NCBI GenBank assembly: GCA_963666285.1
Contig: OY762711.1
Length of the DNA: 64,000 nucleotides
Strand: one strand, 5' to 3'
Source of the DNA: Sedimentisphaerales bacterium
GTDB taxonomy: Bacteria; Planctomycetota; Phycisphaerae; Sedimentisphaerales; SM23-30
Shown here: positions 19,191 to 30,200 of the stretch, piece by piece
Numbering within the stretch: position 1 is the stretch's first letter
How the letters are laid out: each line of letters starts with the position of its first letter
The notes under the pieces: model-generated
Told to the model about the DNA's origin: nothing
The model's input: the letters and a program-made list of their open reading frames with translations, nothing else
The model's database searches: none
Program-made: the position numbers and the translations under genes

Positions 19191-20237
19191 ATGAAGACTA
19201 TTATGTCAATTGATTTAGGAAAATTCAAGAGTGTAGTTTGTTTTTATGAGGTAAAAAGCTGTAAGGCTACATATAAGTCGTTTAAGACTAACCCTCAAGA
19301 GCTTCATGACCTGGCAGTATCTCACCCTGCTGATCTTATTGTATTTGAGGCTTGTGATATCATAGGCTGGATTTGTGACCTTTTTGACACCCTGGAATTA
19401 AAATATGAAGTGGCAAATACTAATACCGGCGAATGGTCTGGCAGAAAATTGAAGAAGAAAACAGATAAAAAGGATGCATTTTGGCTGGCCAAGCGTGCTG
19501 CTTTAGGAGATTTATCAACTGTCTATGTTCCTAAAAAGGAAATTCGCGAGAAACGATCTTTAATTAATTATCGCCAGAGCCTTACAGAACGGATAACTCA
19601 GGTAAAAAATACTATTCGTTCTTTATTAAATGCCCAGGCGTATTCGTTGCCGTCAGGCAGAAAGTGCTGGTCTAAGCAGAATCTGGAACAGTTAAGAAGT
19701 ATGGCTATGCCAATGGATAAAGTTAAACCAGATGAGCTCTGGAAAGGCAATCTATGGAGCGAGCTTATATTACTGGAACAATTAACAGACGCTTTGCAAG
19801 TAGTTGAAGATAAACTGGAAGAGTTAAATAGTACTGATGAAAAGGTAAAACTATTACAGACTGTTCCCGGAGTTGGCCCACGTCTGGCAGAGGCAGTTGC
19901 AGCTTATATTGATGATCCACATAGATTTAAGAATTGCAAACAAGTTGGCAGCTATATTGGTATGACACCGCGTCAGTACCAATCAGGTAATACAGACCGT
20001 CATGGGCGGATAAGTAAATATGGCAATAGGTTATTGCGAGCATTACTTGTTGAGGTTTGCTGGCTGGGTTTGCGTTGGAATCCATGGATAAAAGAAACAT
20101 ACGAAAGAATAAAGAGGGGAAGTAAAACTCGTGCAAAAATAGCGATAGTAGCTACAGCCCGACGGTTGTTCGTACGATTGTGGGCGATGATGCGAGATGG
20201 GACAAGTTGGCAGATGCCTGAATTGCAAAGTGTTTGA
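19191..20237 (+). CDS. IS110 family transposase/recombinase
   Basis: Protein identical to 13158..14204 except the last two residues (SV vs GA). Confidence 0.97.
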   Translation: MKTIMSIDLGKFKSVVCFYEVKSCKATYKSFKTNPQELHDLAVSHPADLIVFEACDIIGWICDLFDTLELKYEVANTNTGEWSGRKLKKKTDKKDAFWLAKRAALGDLSTVYVPKKEIREKRSLINYRQSLTERITQVKNTIRSLLNAQAYSLPSGRKCWSKQNLEQLRSMAMPMDKVKPDELWKGNLWSELILLEQLTDALQVVEDKLEELNSTDEKVKLLQTVPGVGPRLAEAVAAYIDDPHRFKNCKQVGSYIGMTPRQYQSGNTDRHGRISKYGNRLLRALLVEVCWLGLRWNPWIKETYERIKRGSKTRAKIAIVATARRLFVRLWAMMRDGTSWQMPELQSV

Positions 20238-20281
20238 TACCAATATAAGTAAAATATAAATATTACCTATGATTTTGCCCG

Positions 20282-20570
20282 ATTGAAATCGATACGGAAC
20301 CTTGGTCGTGCATTTGGGTTTTGAACCTGACACGAAAATTAAGCCGTATCGCAATATATATAATGGAACCATGGCGTAAAATACAGCCTCGGACACTCCG
20401 GATAGAAAGATGAAACAATCAGGTAAATAATGATTCGCTACGCGAAAATTGTTTTAAATAGGTTTATCGCATAAGGTCAAAAAGCAAAAAACGAGGCGGT
20501 GTAAAACCGCCCCGGCTTCTTGACAACTTGCAACGCTCGGGTTGCTCCTCAGCAGAGCCCTATCCTTTGC
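20282..20570 (+). ncRNA. Putative bridge/seek RNA of IS copy 2 (ends approximate)
   Basis: Same stem-loop as copy 1, with guides at 20306-20315 and 20331-20340. Confidence 0.7.
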
Positions 20571-21110
20571 AAGATAAAGGAATTATAGCAAAAATGAATA
20601 AAATTAGAAAATTAATGTTGCATTCTGGCTTCATAGAAATTCACGAAAGAACACGAAAAAAAATACTGTTGCTCGCAGAGGCCGCAGAGGTCGCAACGAA
20701 TATTATTTGGCCATGAAGGGGATGCATTAAATTAAGAATTCAGAAAATAACTGACATTAAAAAATTGTGGCTGCGGGTAAGTATCAATAATATATAAGGT
20801 GATTCGTTTCGTTCATGATAAAAGAACCGGGTTTTTGTCTTGATAGAAATGGTATAATGCATTATTATTTTTTGCGGAATATAAGAGTCGGTTTATGGAT
20901 ATACAAATAATTTTACAATTGAGGGTTATGTGAATTTGATAAAGAAATATTTTTGTGTTATTCTATTTTTGGCAATTGTATTGTTATTTGCAGGTAAATT
21001 ATGTTCTTATAAACATGCTGGAGGTATTACAAGATCAAAAGCAATTTCCAGAGGTCTCCTATGTTTTGTCTGATCGTGCGGAAGTTAACTGATTTATTGA
21101 GGAAATAATT

Positions 21111-22040
21111 ATGGGTAAGTTAAGTTTGATATGTGTTTGTATATTTTGTGGGTTGATGGCGGTAGGGTTGGCCGGCTGCGGCGGGCAGGGGTGCGACAGG
21201 TCGTTAATCGAGGCTGAAGGGATAGTTGCCAGGGGGGCGGTGCTGGAGACGATATCGACGGAGTTTGAGTTTACCGAGGGGCCGATATCTGACAGGGCGG
21301 GTAATGTGTATTTTACTGATCAGCCGAATAATCAGATAATGGTCTATACGGTCGAAGGTGGGCTGGAGACGTTTATGCGGCCAGCGGGTCGGGCGAACGG
21401 GCTGTATTTTGATAATGACGGGTATCTGCTGGCCTGTGCCGATGAGAATAGTGAGTTATGGAAGATAGATGTTGAGACTAAGGAGTATGAGGTACTGGCA
21501 CATGAGTATAACGGTGTGCGGCTGAACTCAACGAATGATCTGTGGGTTAGGCCGGACGGCGGGATATATTTTAGTGACCCGTTCTATAAGCGGAGCTGGT
21601 GGGAGCATGAAAAGCCGACGCAGGATGGCGAGTGTGTGTATTATCTTATGCCGGGCAGCGGCGGGCCGGTGCGGGTGATAGATGATATGGTGAGGCCAAA
21701 CGGTTTGATCGGTACGGCTGATGGTAAGGTGCTGTATGTATCTGATATTGGGGCCGGTAGAATATATAAATATGAGGTTCTGGAGGATGGTGGGCTGGCT
21801 GGTAAGCAGCTGTTCTGCGAGATGGGGTCTGACGGGATGACGATTGACTGCTGCGGGAATGTGTATCTGACGAATAACCGCGGGGTGGTGGTGTTTGATA
21901 GAGAAGGCAAGCAGGTCGAGAATATTAAGATACCGGCGGGCTGGACGGCGAATGTGACGTTTGGCGGTGCTGATGGTAAGATGCTGTTTGTTACGGCGCA
22001 GAAGGGGGTGTATAGTATCAGGATGAATGTGAGCAATTAG
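21111..22040 (+). CDS. SMP-30/gluconolactonase/LRE family lipoprotein
   Basis: LAGC lipobox; FTEGP, YFTD, NSTND, YFSDP, RPNG, SDGMTID and NVTFGG motifs. Confidence 0.93.
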   Translation: MGKLSLICVCIFCGLMAVGLAGCGGQGCDRSLIEAEGIVARGAVLETISTEFEFTEGPISDRAGNVYFTDQPNNQIMVYTVEGGLETFMRPAGRANGLYFDNDGYLLACADENSELWKIDVETKEYEVLAHEYNGVRLNSTNDLWVRPDGGIYFSDPFYKRSWWEHEKPTQDGECVYYLMPGSGGPVRVIDDMVRPNGLIGTADGKVLYVSDIGAGRIYKYEVLEDGGLAGKQLFCEMGSDGMTIDCCGNVYLTNNRGVVVFDREGKQVENIKIPAGWTANVTFGGADGKMLFVTAQKGVYSIRMNVSN

Positions 22041-22510
22041 AGAAGAGTGAGAAGTGAGAAGTGAGAAGTGAGAGGTGAGCTTCGCTAAATGAAAAATGAA
22101 TAGTGAAAAATGAAAAATTAAGGTGTCCTGATGTACGTTGACATCAGGAATAATTCGCTGTCGCTCACAGCTTGTTTTAAAGCTTTCGCATATTTAAATT
22201 TAGAATTATGAAAAAGATTGTCAACCACGAAATTCACGAAAGAACACGAAAAAAAATACTGTTGCTCGCAGAGGACGCAAAGATCGCAAAGAATATTTTT
22301 TGACCATGAAGGGAGTGAAGTTAATGAAGGATGGTAAGAGTGAGAAGTGAGAGGGAAGAGGTAAGCTTCGCTAAATTAAAAATGAATAATTAAAAGTGAA
22401 AAATTAAGGTGTCCTGATGTACGTTGACATCAGGAATAATTCGCTGGCGTGACCTATTTTGAATCGCCTGTGACGAGCAGGAAAGTGACTACGAAAATCA
22501 CGAAAAAGGC
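22040..22510 (+). repeat. Mosaic of heptamer tandem repeats and family A repeats
   Basis: (GTGAGAA)n and (ATGAAAA/GTGAAAA)n runs, palindrome copies at 22127-22148 and 22413-22434, and CACGAAA triplet at 22226-22251. Confidence 0.85.
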
Positions 22511-22532
22511 GGAAGTGTTAGAGGGGGGTGTT

Positions 22533-22982
22533 CTAATGGTGATTTGATTTGATGCTGCCGTCGGGCAGGATGTTGATTAGCCAGGTTTCTCCCCACCAGA
22601 GGTCTACAAAGCCTTCGGAGTGTTTGATCGTTTGGCCATCGATAGTGAAAGATAGCTCTATTTCAGATTCGAGAAATTTGTGTTTTAATGTTAATGATTG
22701 GCCCGGAGCGATAGAGGTTGCTTTTTGGGAAACCATTTTAGAGCTGTCAAGATCCTTTACTGTAAGTTGGACAGAAGTAATTTCTTTGCCGCTGGAATTG
22801 CGTAAAGTTGTTTTGTTGTTAACTGACCAGAAATAGATATATGATGTAAGCATTAAGCCGGTAGCTGCTATGATAAGATATGCCGGGCCGGTCATTTTGT
22901 ATTTTATCAGATGAATTGTGCTTTTATTGTTATATGATTTGGAATTCATTTCAATGGCCTTATTACTTGATTGCAGGAACAT
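22533..22982 (-). CDS. Hypothetical protein with single TM helix (start uncertain)
   Basis: 149-aa ORF with a hydrophobic segment and a beta-rich soluble domain. Confidence 0.55.
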   Translation of the reverse strand: MFLQSSNKAIEMNSKSYNNKSTIHLIKYKMTGPAYLIIAATGLMLTSYIYFWSVNNKTTLRNSSGKEITSVQLTVKDLDSSKMVSQKATSIAPGQSLTLKHKFLESEIELSFTIDGQTIKHSEGFVDLWWGETWLINILPDGSIKSNHH

Positions 22983-23070
22983 CTATATAAGATCTAATTT
23001 TTTTTGTCACAACTAGTTCAATTCATAACACTATATGAAAACGGATTAAATAATCATTGTCATTATATTA

Positions 23071-23250
23071 GTGCGGTTTCGCACTTTTGACTGTTCAATA
23101 TTACACGCAAAGGCCGGAACAGGGCCTTGTGAATGAAAAACTATATATTTAATTGTATTTCCGAGCTAATTCTCGAAAGTACATTTAATTCAAAGCGTTG
23201 CAGGAAGGCCCTTTTAGGCGATTTTTGCAACTTAAAAACTGCGAAAGTAA
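23071..23250. repeat. MITE-like repeat family B, copy 1
   Basis: Imperfect terminal IR TTTCGCACTTTT / AAAACTGCGAAA. Homologous to 26881-27118, 43356-43558 and 48214-48424. Confidence 0.75.
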
Positions 23251-23522
23251 GCTATTAAATATATCAACTTTATTAATTATATAGAAGAAAATTATGCTCG
23301 AATTCTTGCAAAATTTTGCATAAAGCTAGTAGTTGATTAAGTTTGTGTTATCTGTTACCATGGTCGCAATCATAAGCAACAAGATTTATTATCTCAACTT
23401 TTTAAATTTTAATATAACATTGAATCACAATATATTATAGCAAAACAAAGTGTATAATCGGTCACTTAGAGTATTTTAAATAATGACAACCAGATTTAAG
23501 CAGCATGTTGAAAGGAAAAATT

Positions 23523-26500
23523 ATGCCTAAAGTGAATCTAAAGAGTTTGTTATTGTCGGTATTGTTAGCAGTAAGTTTTTTAAGCGGTTCTGTGTCAGCT
23601 GATATAGCGGCGGCAGATAAGCTGACGGTTAATGAAGGTTTTACCGACCCGGTTGGATTTTATACCTCAGATGTTGATTTTTCGTGGATATTACCGCAGG
23701 GTGAATCCAAGCTGCTGGGGCTGGTGCCGATGGGTGGTGCGGTATTGAGTCAGAGCGCGTACCAGGTTGCAGTGGCGAGTTCGCCGAAACTGCTGCCTGA
23801 CGAAGCAGATTTATGGGATAGCGGCAAAGTAAAATCATCGCAGAGTATTCATGTGAAGTATGCGGGCAAGAAGCTTGGTTCGCGGCAGAAGGTATACTGG
23901 ATGGTGCGATACTGGGACCAGGACGGGAGGCGGTCTAAATGGAGTAAGGCCGCTAGTATTGAGCTGGGGCTGCTGGGTAATGCAGACTGGCAGGGCAGCT
24001 GGATACGTATGAAGGGTAAGGATTTTACCGCGGCGTCTGCGAACTCAAAGATAAAGATATTGAAAGCTGTTTATGGCGTTAGGGATGATGCCGGGCGTCA
24101 GATCGACCTGGCCAAGAAGATACAGGCTCGCGTTGACGAAGGTAAATATACAGTGCCGGCGTCAAATGAATTTGCCGGAAGAGATCCGGCAGATCGAGTT
24201 GTCAAGGTTTTGCAGATGGAATACATGTTAAATGATGAAAAGGTGATCGCAGTGGTTGAAGAGAATTCGATCTTTAACCTGGTGACAAAAATTGGCGGTC
24301 TGATACCTTCGTTTACTTATACGCCCGAGTATTTACGCAAAGATTTTTCGGTAGAATCTCCGGTTGCATCGGCTCGTTTGTATGTAACGGCTAAAGGGTT
24401 GTATGAAGTGTATCTGAACGGTGAGAAGATCGGCAAAGATTATATGGTGCCGGGCTGGACGCCATATGAAAAGCGAATTGAGACGGTGACCTATGATGTA
24501 ACAAAGCAGGTGAAGAAACAGGATAATGCGATAGCGGCGATACTGGCAGAAGGCTGGTATGCGGGTGATTTGATGGGCAAGCAGGAGAAGTATCCGGAGC
24601 TGCAGCCTCAGTTGCTGGCACAGCTGGAGATAACATTTAAGGATGGTACCGTTAAGAAAATCGTAACGGACGGCAGCTGGAAGGCGACGAATGAAGGCGC
24701 GATACGCTATTCGAGTATCTATCATGGCGAAACCTATGATGCGGCAAAAGAGATGGCGGGCTGGAACGAGGCCGGGTTTGATGACAGCGGCTGGAAATCG
24801 GTAACGGTTTGTTCGATCGGCTCTAAGGATAATCTTGTGCCGAAACGCCATAATACAGTTCAAATGGAGACAGAGCTGAAGACCCAGGCAGTAACCGAGC
24901 CTGGCGAAGGTAAGTATGTCTTTGATCTGGGCCAGAATATGGTAGGCTGGCCGAAGCTGAAGATCCCGGTAAAGGCCGGGGAGACGATAACGGTTCGTTA
25001 TGCCGAGATGCTGGAGACAGACGGTAATATGTATACCGCCAATTATCGCGGTGCGAAATCGACAGATTATTATACTGCAGCAGAAGATGGTGTTGTCTGC
25101 TGGCATCCGACATTTACATTTCATGGCTTCAGGTATGTAGAGCTGAGCGGTTTTTCTGAAGGAGTTAAGCCGAAGAAAAACTGGGTGACAGGCTGCGTGT
25201 TGCACTCTGCGTTTGGTCAGGTCGGCAAGTTTGAATCGTCACATGCCAAGCTGAACCAGCTGCAGAAGAATATAACGTGGGGTCAGCGTGGTAATTACCT
25301 GGAAGTTCCGACGGATTGTCCTCAGCGGGATGAACGGCTGGGCTGGACAGGTGATGCGCAGGTTTTCTGTCCGACATCACTGTTTAACTATGATGTGCAT
25401 TCATTCTGGGCGAGCTGGCTGGAGAGTATACGAGAGGACCAGAGGGAAGACGGCTATGTTCCAAATGTTGTACCGTCGGTAAGCTGCGGGTATGGCTCGC
25501 CGGGCTGGGGAGATGTTTCGGTTGTGTCGCCGTGGGATGTTTATGTGCGGACGGGCGATCTGGATATCCTGAGGGATAACTACGAGATGATGAAAGGCTG
25601 GACCGGCGCTTACGAACGTGAAGCAAAAGATTATATCGTTGCAAGGAACGGTTACGGTGACTGGCTGCAGCCGTTTCCATCAAGTGGTAATTTTACCGAT
25701 ACTCAGATGGATATCATAGCGACAGCGTATTTTGGCAGGTGTACTATGATAATGGCGAACTCAGCGAAATTGCTGGGTAAAGAAGCAGAAGCCGGTAAAT
25801 ACAGCAAGCAGTTTGCCAATATACGCAAGGCATTTTCGAGCAAGTATTTTGACGATAAGGGCTATTTGACAATTGCGATCCCGACTCAGACATCATATCT
25901 GCTGGCGTTGGGTTACGATTTGCTGGAGCCGGAATTGCGAGAAGGTGCGGTTCGGGGTCTGCTGGAGCTGATAGAGAAGTCAGACGGTAATTTGCGAACC
26001 GGCTTTTTGGGTACTCCGCTGATAAACCAGGTTTTGGACGATTATGGTTATTCGGATATAGCGTACCAGGTATTGTTTAAGGAGACATATCCATCGTGGT
26101 TCTTTTCCATTAACGAGGGAGCGACGACTATGTGGGAGCGATGGAACAGCTACAGTCGTAAAGACGGCTTTGGTGATGCCGGGATGAACTCTTTTAACCA
26201 TTATGCCTATGGCGCGATCAATCAGTTTATGGTAGAGCGTATTGCCGGCCTGGCACCGGATTGGAAGAAGTCCGGCTATAAGCATTTCTATATTCAGCCG
26301 ACACCGGGCGAGCCGCTAACATGGGCGAGGGCGGAATACCAGAGCCCATACGGCAAAGCCGCAAGCGGCTGGAAGCAGACGAAGAAAGGTCTTGAGATAG
26401 AAGTGGTTGTGCCGACAAATACCACCGCGACGCTGATAGTGCCGGAGATGGCAGAGGGCAAGCCTGTTTTGACAGAATCCGGTAAGAAATGCAGCTTGAG

Positions 26501-26567
26501 CCGGGAAGGCGGCAAGTATGTATATCAGCTGGTGCCGGGTGAATATAAATTTTTGCTGGCGAAGTAA
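23523..26567 (+). CDS. Alpha-L-rhamnosidase, GH78 (paralog 1)
   Basis: DLGQNMVG, FTFHGFRYVE, PTDCPQRDERLGWTGD, GATTMWERW and MNSFNHYAYG motifs, with signal peptide. Confidence 0.95.
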   Translation: MPKVNLKSLLLSVLLAVSFLSGSVSADIAAADKLTVNEGFTDPVGFYTSDVDFSWILPQGESKLLGLVPMGGAVLSQSAYQVAVASSPKLLPDEADLWDSGKVKSSQSIHVKYAGKKLGSRQKVYWMVRYWDQDGRRSKWSKAASIELGLLGNADWQGSWIRMKGKDFTAASANSKIKILKAVYGVRDDAGRQIDLAKKIQARVDEGKYTVPASNEFAGRDPADRVVKVLQMEYMLNDEKVIAVVEENSIFNLVTKIGGLIPSFTYTPEYLRKDFSVESPVASARLYVTAKGLYEVYLNGEKIGKDYMVPGWTPYEKRIETVTYDVTKQVKKQDNAIAAILAEGWYAGDLMGKQEKYPELQPQLLAQLEITFKDGTVKKIVTDGSWKATNEGAIRYSSIYHGETYDAAKEMAGWNEAGFDDSGWKSVTVCSIGSKDNLVPKRHNTVQMETELKTQAVTEPGEGKYVFDLGQNMVGWPKLKIPVKAGETITVRYAEMLETDGNMYTANYRGAKSTDYYTAAEDGVVCWHPTFTFHGFRYVELSGFSEGVKPKKNWVTGCVLHSAFGQVGKFESSHAKLNQLQKNITWGQRGNYLEVPTDCPQRDERLGWTGDAQVFCPTSLFNYDVHSFWASWLESIREDQREDGYVPNVVPSVSCGYGSPGWGDVSVVSPWDVYVRTGDLDILRDNYEMMKGWTGAYEREAKDYIVARNGYGDWLQPFPSSGNFTDTQMDIIATAYFGRCTMIMANSAKLLGKEAEAGKYSKQFANIRKAFSSKYFDDKGYLTIAIPTQTSYLLALGYDLLEPELREGAVRGLLELIEKSDGNLRTGFLGTPLINQVLDDYGYSDIAYQVLFKETYPSWFFSINEGATTMWERWNSYSRKDGFGDAGMNSFNHYAYGAINQFMVERIAGLAPDWKKSGYKHFYIQPTPGEPLTWARAEYQSPYGKAASGWKQTKKGLEIEVVVPTNTTATLIVPEMAEGKPVLTESGKKCSLSREGGKYVYQLVPGEYKFLLAK

Positions 26568-26591
26568 ATAGTCGATAAGTTTTAGTATTAG

Positions 26592-26634
26592 AAGCAAGTC
26601 TGGCAACCAGGGAGGGTGTCAGGCTTGTTTTTTT
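26592..26634 (+). terminator. Intrinsic terminator
   Basis: AAGCAAGTCTGGCA...TGTCAGGCTTGTTTTTTT. Confidence 0.7.
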
Positions 26635-26880
26635 GTACCTTTCGTTTTTAGCTTGTAGTGTTCGGGTAAGAGGTAAAAGGTAAGAGGAGGTTGTTTGTCT
26701 CTATGTGTGTCGGGAATAATAATTTTATTATTATTTTCAGGGAAGGGGTGATTGAATTCTTGCAAATTTTTTCATAAAGCTATTAGTTGATTATATTTGT
26801 GTTATGTGTTACCATATTTGAACCATTAGCAACAAGAGAATTCTTTATCTCTAAACTTTGTTCTTTGTTTATTATGTTTA

Positions 26881-27118
26881 GTGCGGTTTATGCTCCGCAT
26901 CATATAGATTTTGCACTTTTGACTTTTTAACGTTATCCGCAAAGGTCAGAACAGGGCAATTAAGTGAAAAATGAATAATGAAAAGTGAAAAACTAAGGTG
27001 TCCCGATGTACGTTGACATCAGGAATAATTCGCTATCGTCTCACGCTTTGTTTAAATTCAAGATTCACCTAAAAGACCCTTTAAGGCGATTTATGCAACT
27101 TAAAAACTGCGAAAGTAA
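26881..27118. repeat. MITE-like repeat family B, copy 2 (with nested heptamer and palindrome module)
   Basis: Same ends as copy 1. Palindrome at 27002-27023. Confidence 0.75.
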
Positions 27119-27290
27119 ACTGTTTATATTGTAATATTTATGAACGTTATTAATAAGAACGATACATGGAAAACAACGTTTTGAATGATAGTAGTTCAAT
27201 ATATTAGAGCGATACAAAGTTAATAATGTCACTTTGAGTACTTAATAGAATGGCTATGAGGTCCAGGCTGCATATTGAAAGGAAAAAGTT

Positions 27291-30200
27291 ATGCCTAAAA
27301 TGAATCTTAAGAATCTATTATTGTTGGTTTTGTTAGCAGTCAGTTATTTATGCGGGTCAGTATCAGCTGATGTAGCGGCCGCGGATAAGCTGACGGTGAA
27401 TGAAGGGTTTGTAGATCCGATAGGGTTTTACGCGTCAGATGTGGATTTCTCCTGGATACTGCCGCAGGGCGGCTCGGTAGAGAGTCAGAGTGCGTACCAG
27501 GTTGCCGCGGCGAGTTCACCGAAACTGCTGCCAGATAAAGCTGATCTATGGAACAGTGGTAAAGTAAATTCATCGCAGAGTATCCATGTGAAGTACGAAG
27601 GCAAGAAGCTTAGCTCCAGGCAGAAGGTGTACTGGATGGTGCGATACTGGGACCAGTCCGGCAGGCGGTCTAAGTGGAGTAAGGCCGGTACTATTGAGTT
27701 TGGTCTGCTGAATAATACAGACTGGCGGGGCAGCTGGATATATATGAAGGAAAAAGATACGGGTGCGTCGAAAGATGCGTCGAAGATAAAGGTGTTGAAA
27801 GCCGTTTATGGAGCAAAGGATGATGCATCAAAGCAGATCGACCTGACCAAGAAAGTTCAGAACAGTGTTGACGGCAGGAAATATGCTGTCAGCGCATCTA
27901 ATGCTTTTGCCGGTGATGACCCGGCATATGGAGTAGAAAAGGTAATGCTGCTGGAATACATGTTAAATGATGAAAAGGTTGTCACGGAAGTTAAAGAGAA
28001 TTCATACTTTAACTTGGTGACAAAAAAAGGAGGCCAGCCGGCAGCGACAGATTATGTGCCGGAATATTTGCGAAAAGAATTTAAGGTAAAACAGCCGGTT
28101 GAATCTGCTCGCTTGTATGTAACGGCTAAGGGTCTTTATGAAGTGTATCTGAACGGCGAGAAGATCGGGAAAGATTATATGGTGCCGGGCTGGACGCCTT
28201 ATGAAAAGCGAATCGAGACGGTAACATATGATGTTACAAAGCAGGTGAAGAGACGTGATAATGCTTTAGCTGCGATACTGGGCGAGGGCTGGTATGCCGG
28301 TGACCTGATGGGTAAGCCGGTAAAATACCCAGCGGTTCATCCTCAGTTCCTGGCACAGCTGGAGATAACCTTTAAGGATGGCACGGTGCAGAGAGTGGTA
28401 ACGGACGGCAGCTGGAAGGCGACGAATGAAGGCCCGATTCGCTATTCGAGTATCTATCATGGCGAAACCTATGATGCGGCAAAAGAGATGGCGGGCTGGA
28501 ATGATACGGGTTATGATGCCGGCGGCTGGAATTCAGTGGTGACATTACCGGTTGAATCTAATGTCAGCCTGGTGCCGAAACGTCATAATACGGTACAGGT
28601 AGAGGCAGGTCTGAAGACACAGACAGTTAACGAGCCTAGCAAAGGCAAATATGTATTTGATCTGGGTCAGAATATGGTAGGCTGGCCAGAGCTGAAGCTG
28701 CCTTTGAAGGCCGGTCAGAAGCTAACAGTTCGGTATGCCGAGATGCTGGAGAAGGACGGCACTTTGTATACGGCAAATTATCGGGGTGCAAAATCGACAG
28801 ATTATTATACAGCGTCAGAAGATGGTGTTGTCAGCTGGCATCCGACATTTACTTTCCATGGTTTCAGGTATGTCGAGCTGAGCGGTTTTTCTGAAGGAGT
28901 TAAGCCAAAGAAAAACTGGGTGACAGGCTGCGTATTGCACTCTGCATTTGGCCAGACCGGTAAGTTTGAATCATCACATGCGAAGCTGAATAAGCTGCAG
29001 AGTAATATAACCTGGGGCCAGCGCGGCAATTACCTGGAGGTACCGACCGATTGTCCGCAGCGTAATGAGCGTTTGGGCTGGACGGGCGATGCGCAGGTGT
29101 TCTGTCCGACATCGCTGTTCAACTATGATGTGCATTCATTCTGGGCGAGCTGGCTGGAAAGTATGCGAGAGGACCAGAGAAAAGATGGATATATTCCTAA
29201 TGTTGTACCTTCGGTCAGCTGTGGTCATGGCTCGCCGGGCTGGGGTGATGTATCGGTTGTATCGCCCTGGGATGTTTATGTACGGACGGGCGATCTGGAT
29301 ATCCTGAGGGATAACTACGAAATGATGAAAGGCTGGACCGGCGCCTACGAGCGTGAGGCAAAAGATTATATTGTAAACAGGAATGGTTTTGGTGACTGGC
29401 TGCAGCCATATCCGGCGAATGGTAATTTTGCCGATACCCAGATGGATATCATAGCGACAGCGTATTTTGGCAGGTGCAGTTTGATAATGGCACAGGCCGC
29501 AAAGAAACTTGGCAAAGAAGAAGATGTTCGTAAATACGGCAAGCAGTTTGCCAATATTCGCAAGGCATTTTCGAGCAAGTATTTTGATGAGAAAGGAAAG
29601 CTGACGGTCAAGACACCTACCCAGACAGCTTATCTGATGGGTTTGGGTTATGATCTGCTGGAGCCAGGTCAGCGTGAAGGTGCGGTGCAGGGTCTGCTGG
29701 AGCTGATAGAGAAGGCAGACGGTCATTTGCGAACCGGTTTCCTGGGTACACCATTGATTAACCGGGTACTGGAAGAATGCGGCCATCCTGATATTGCATT
29801 CCAGGTATTGTTTAAGGAGACATATCCATCGTGGTTCTTCTCTATCAACCAGGGTGCAACGACAATGTGGGAGCGTTGGAACAGCTTCAGTCATAAGGAT
29901 GGTTTTGGTGATGCCGGTATGAACTCATTTAACCATTATGCTTATGGCGCGATCGATCAGTTTATGGTAGAACGTATTGCGGGTCTGGCACCGGATTGGA
30001 AGAATTCTGGGTATAAACATTTCTATATTCAGCCGACACCGGGCGAGCCGCTGACATGGGTGAGAGCGGAATATCAGAGTCCATACGGTAAGGCAGCAAG
30101 CGGCTGGAAGATGACTAAAAAAGGTCTAGAGATAGAAGCTGTTGTGCCGACAAATACAACCGCAACACTGGTAGTTCCAGTACTTTCAGCGGGCGAGCCT

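Larger units (their letters stand above)
19072..20640 (+). mobile_element. IS110-family element, IS1111-type (copy 2)
   Basis: Near-identical to 13039-14610, with the same junctions CCACGAAAAT|ACAATGAAAGCC and GGCTTCATAGAAAT|TCACGAAAG. Confidence 0.92.

Noticed and set aside
12926..22450. Recurrent palindromic repeats as a CRISPR array
   Set aside because: Copies are irregularly spaced, have no unique equal-length spacers, and no cas genes are present.
24333..25205. Long antisense ORFs (also 29136-29894 and 43999-44973)
   Set aside because: They are shadows of well-supported genes on the opposite strand and have no recognisable motifs.
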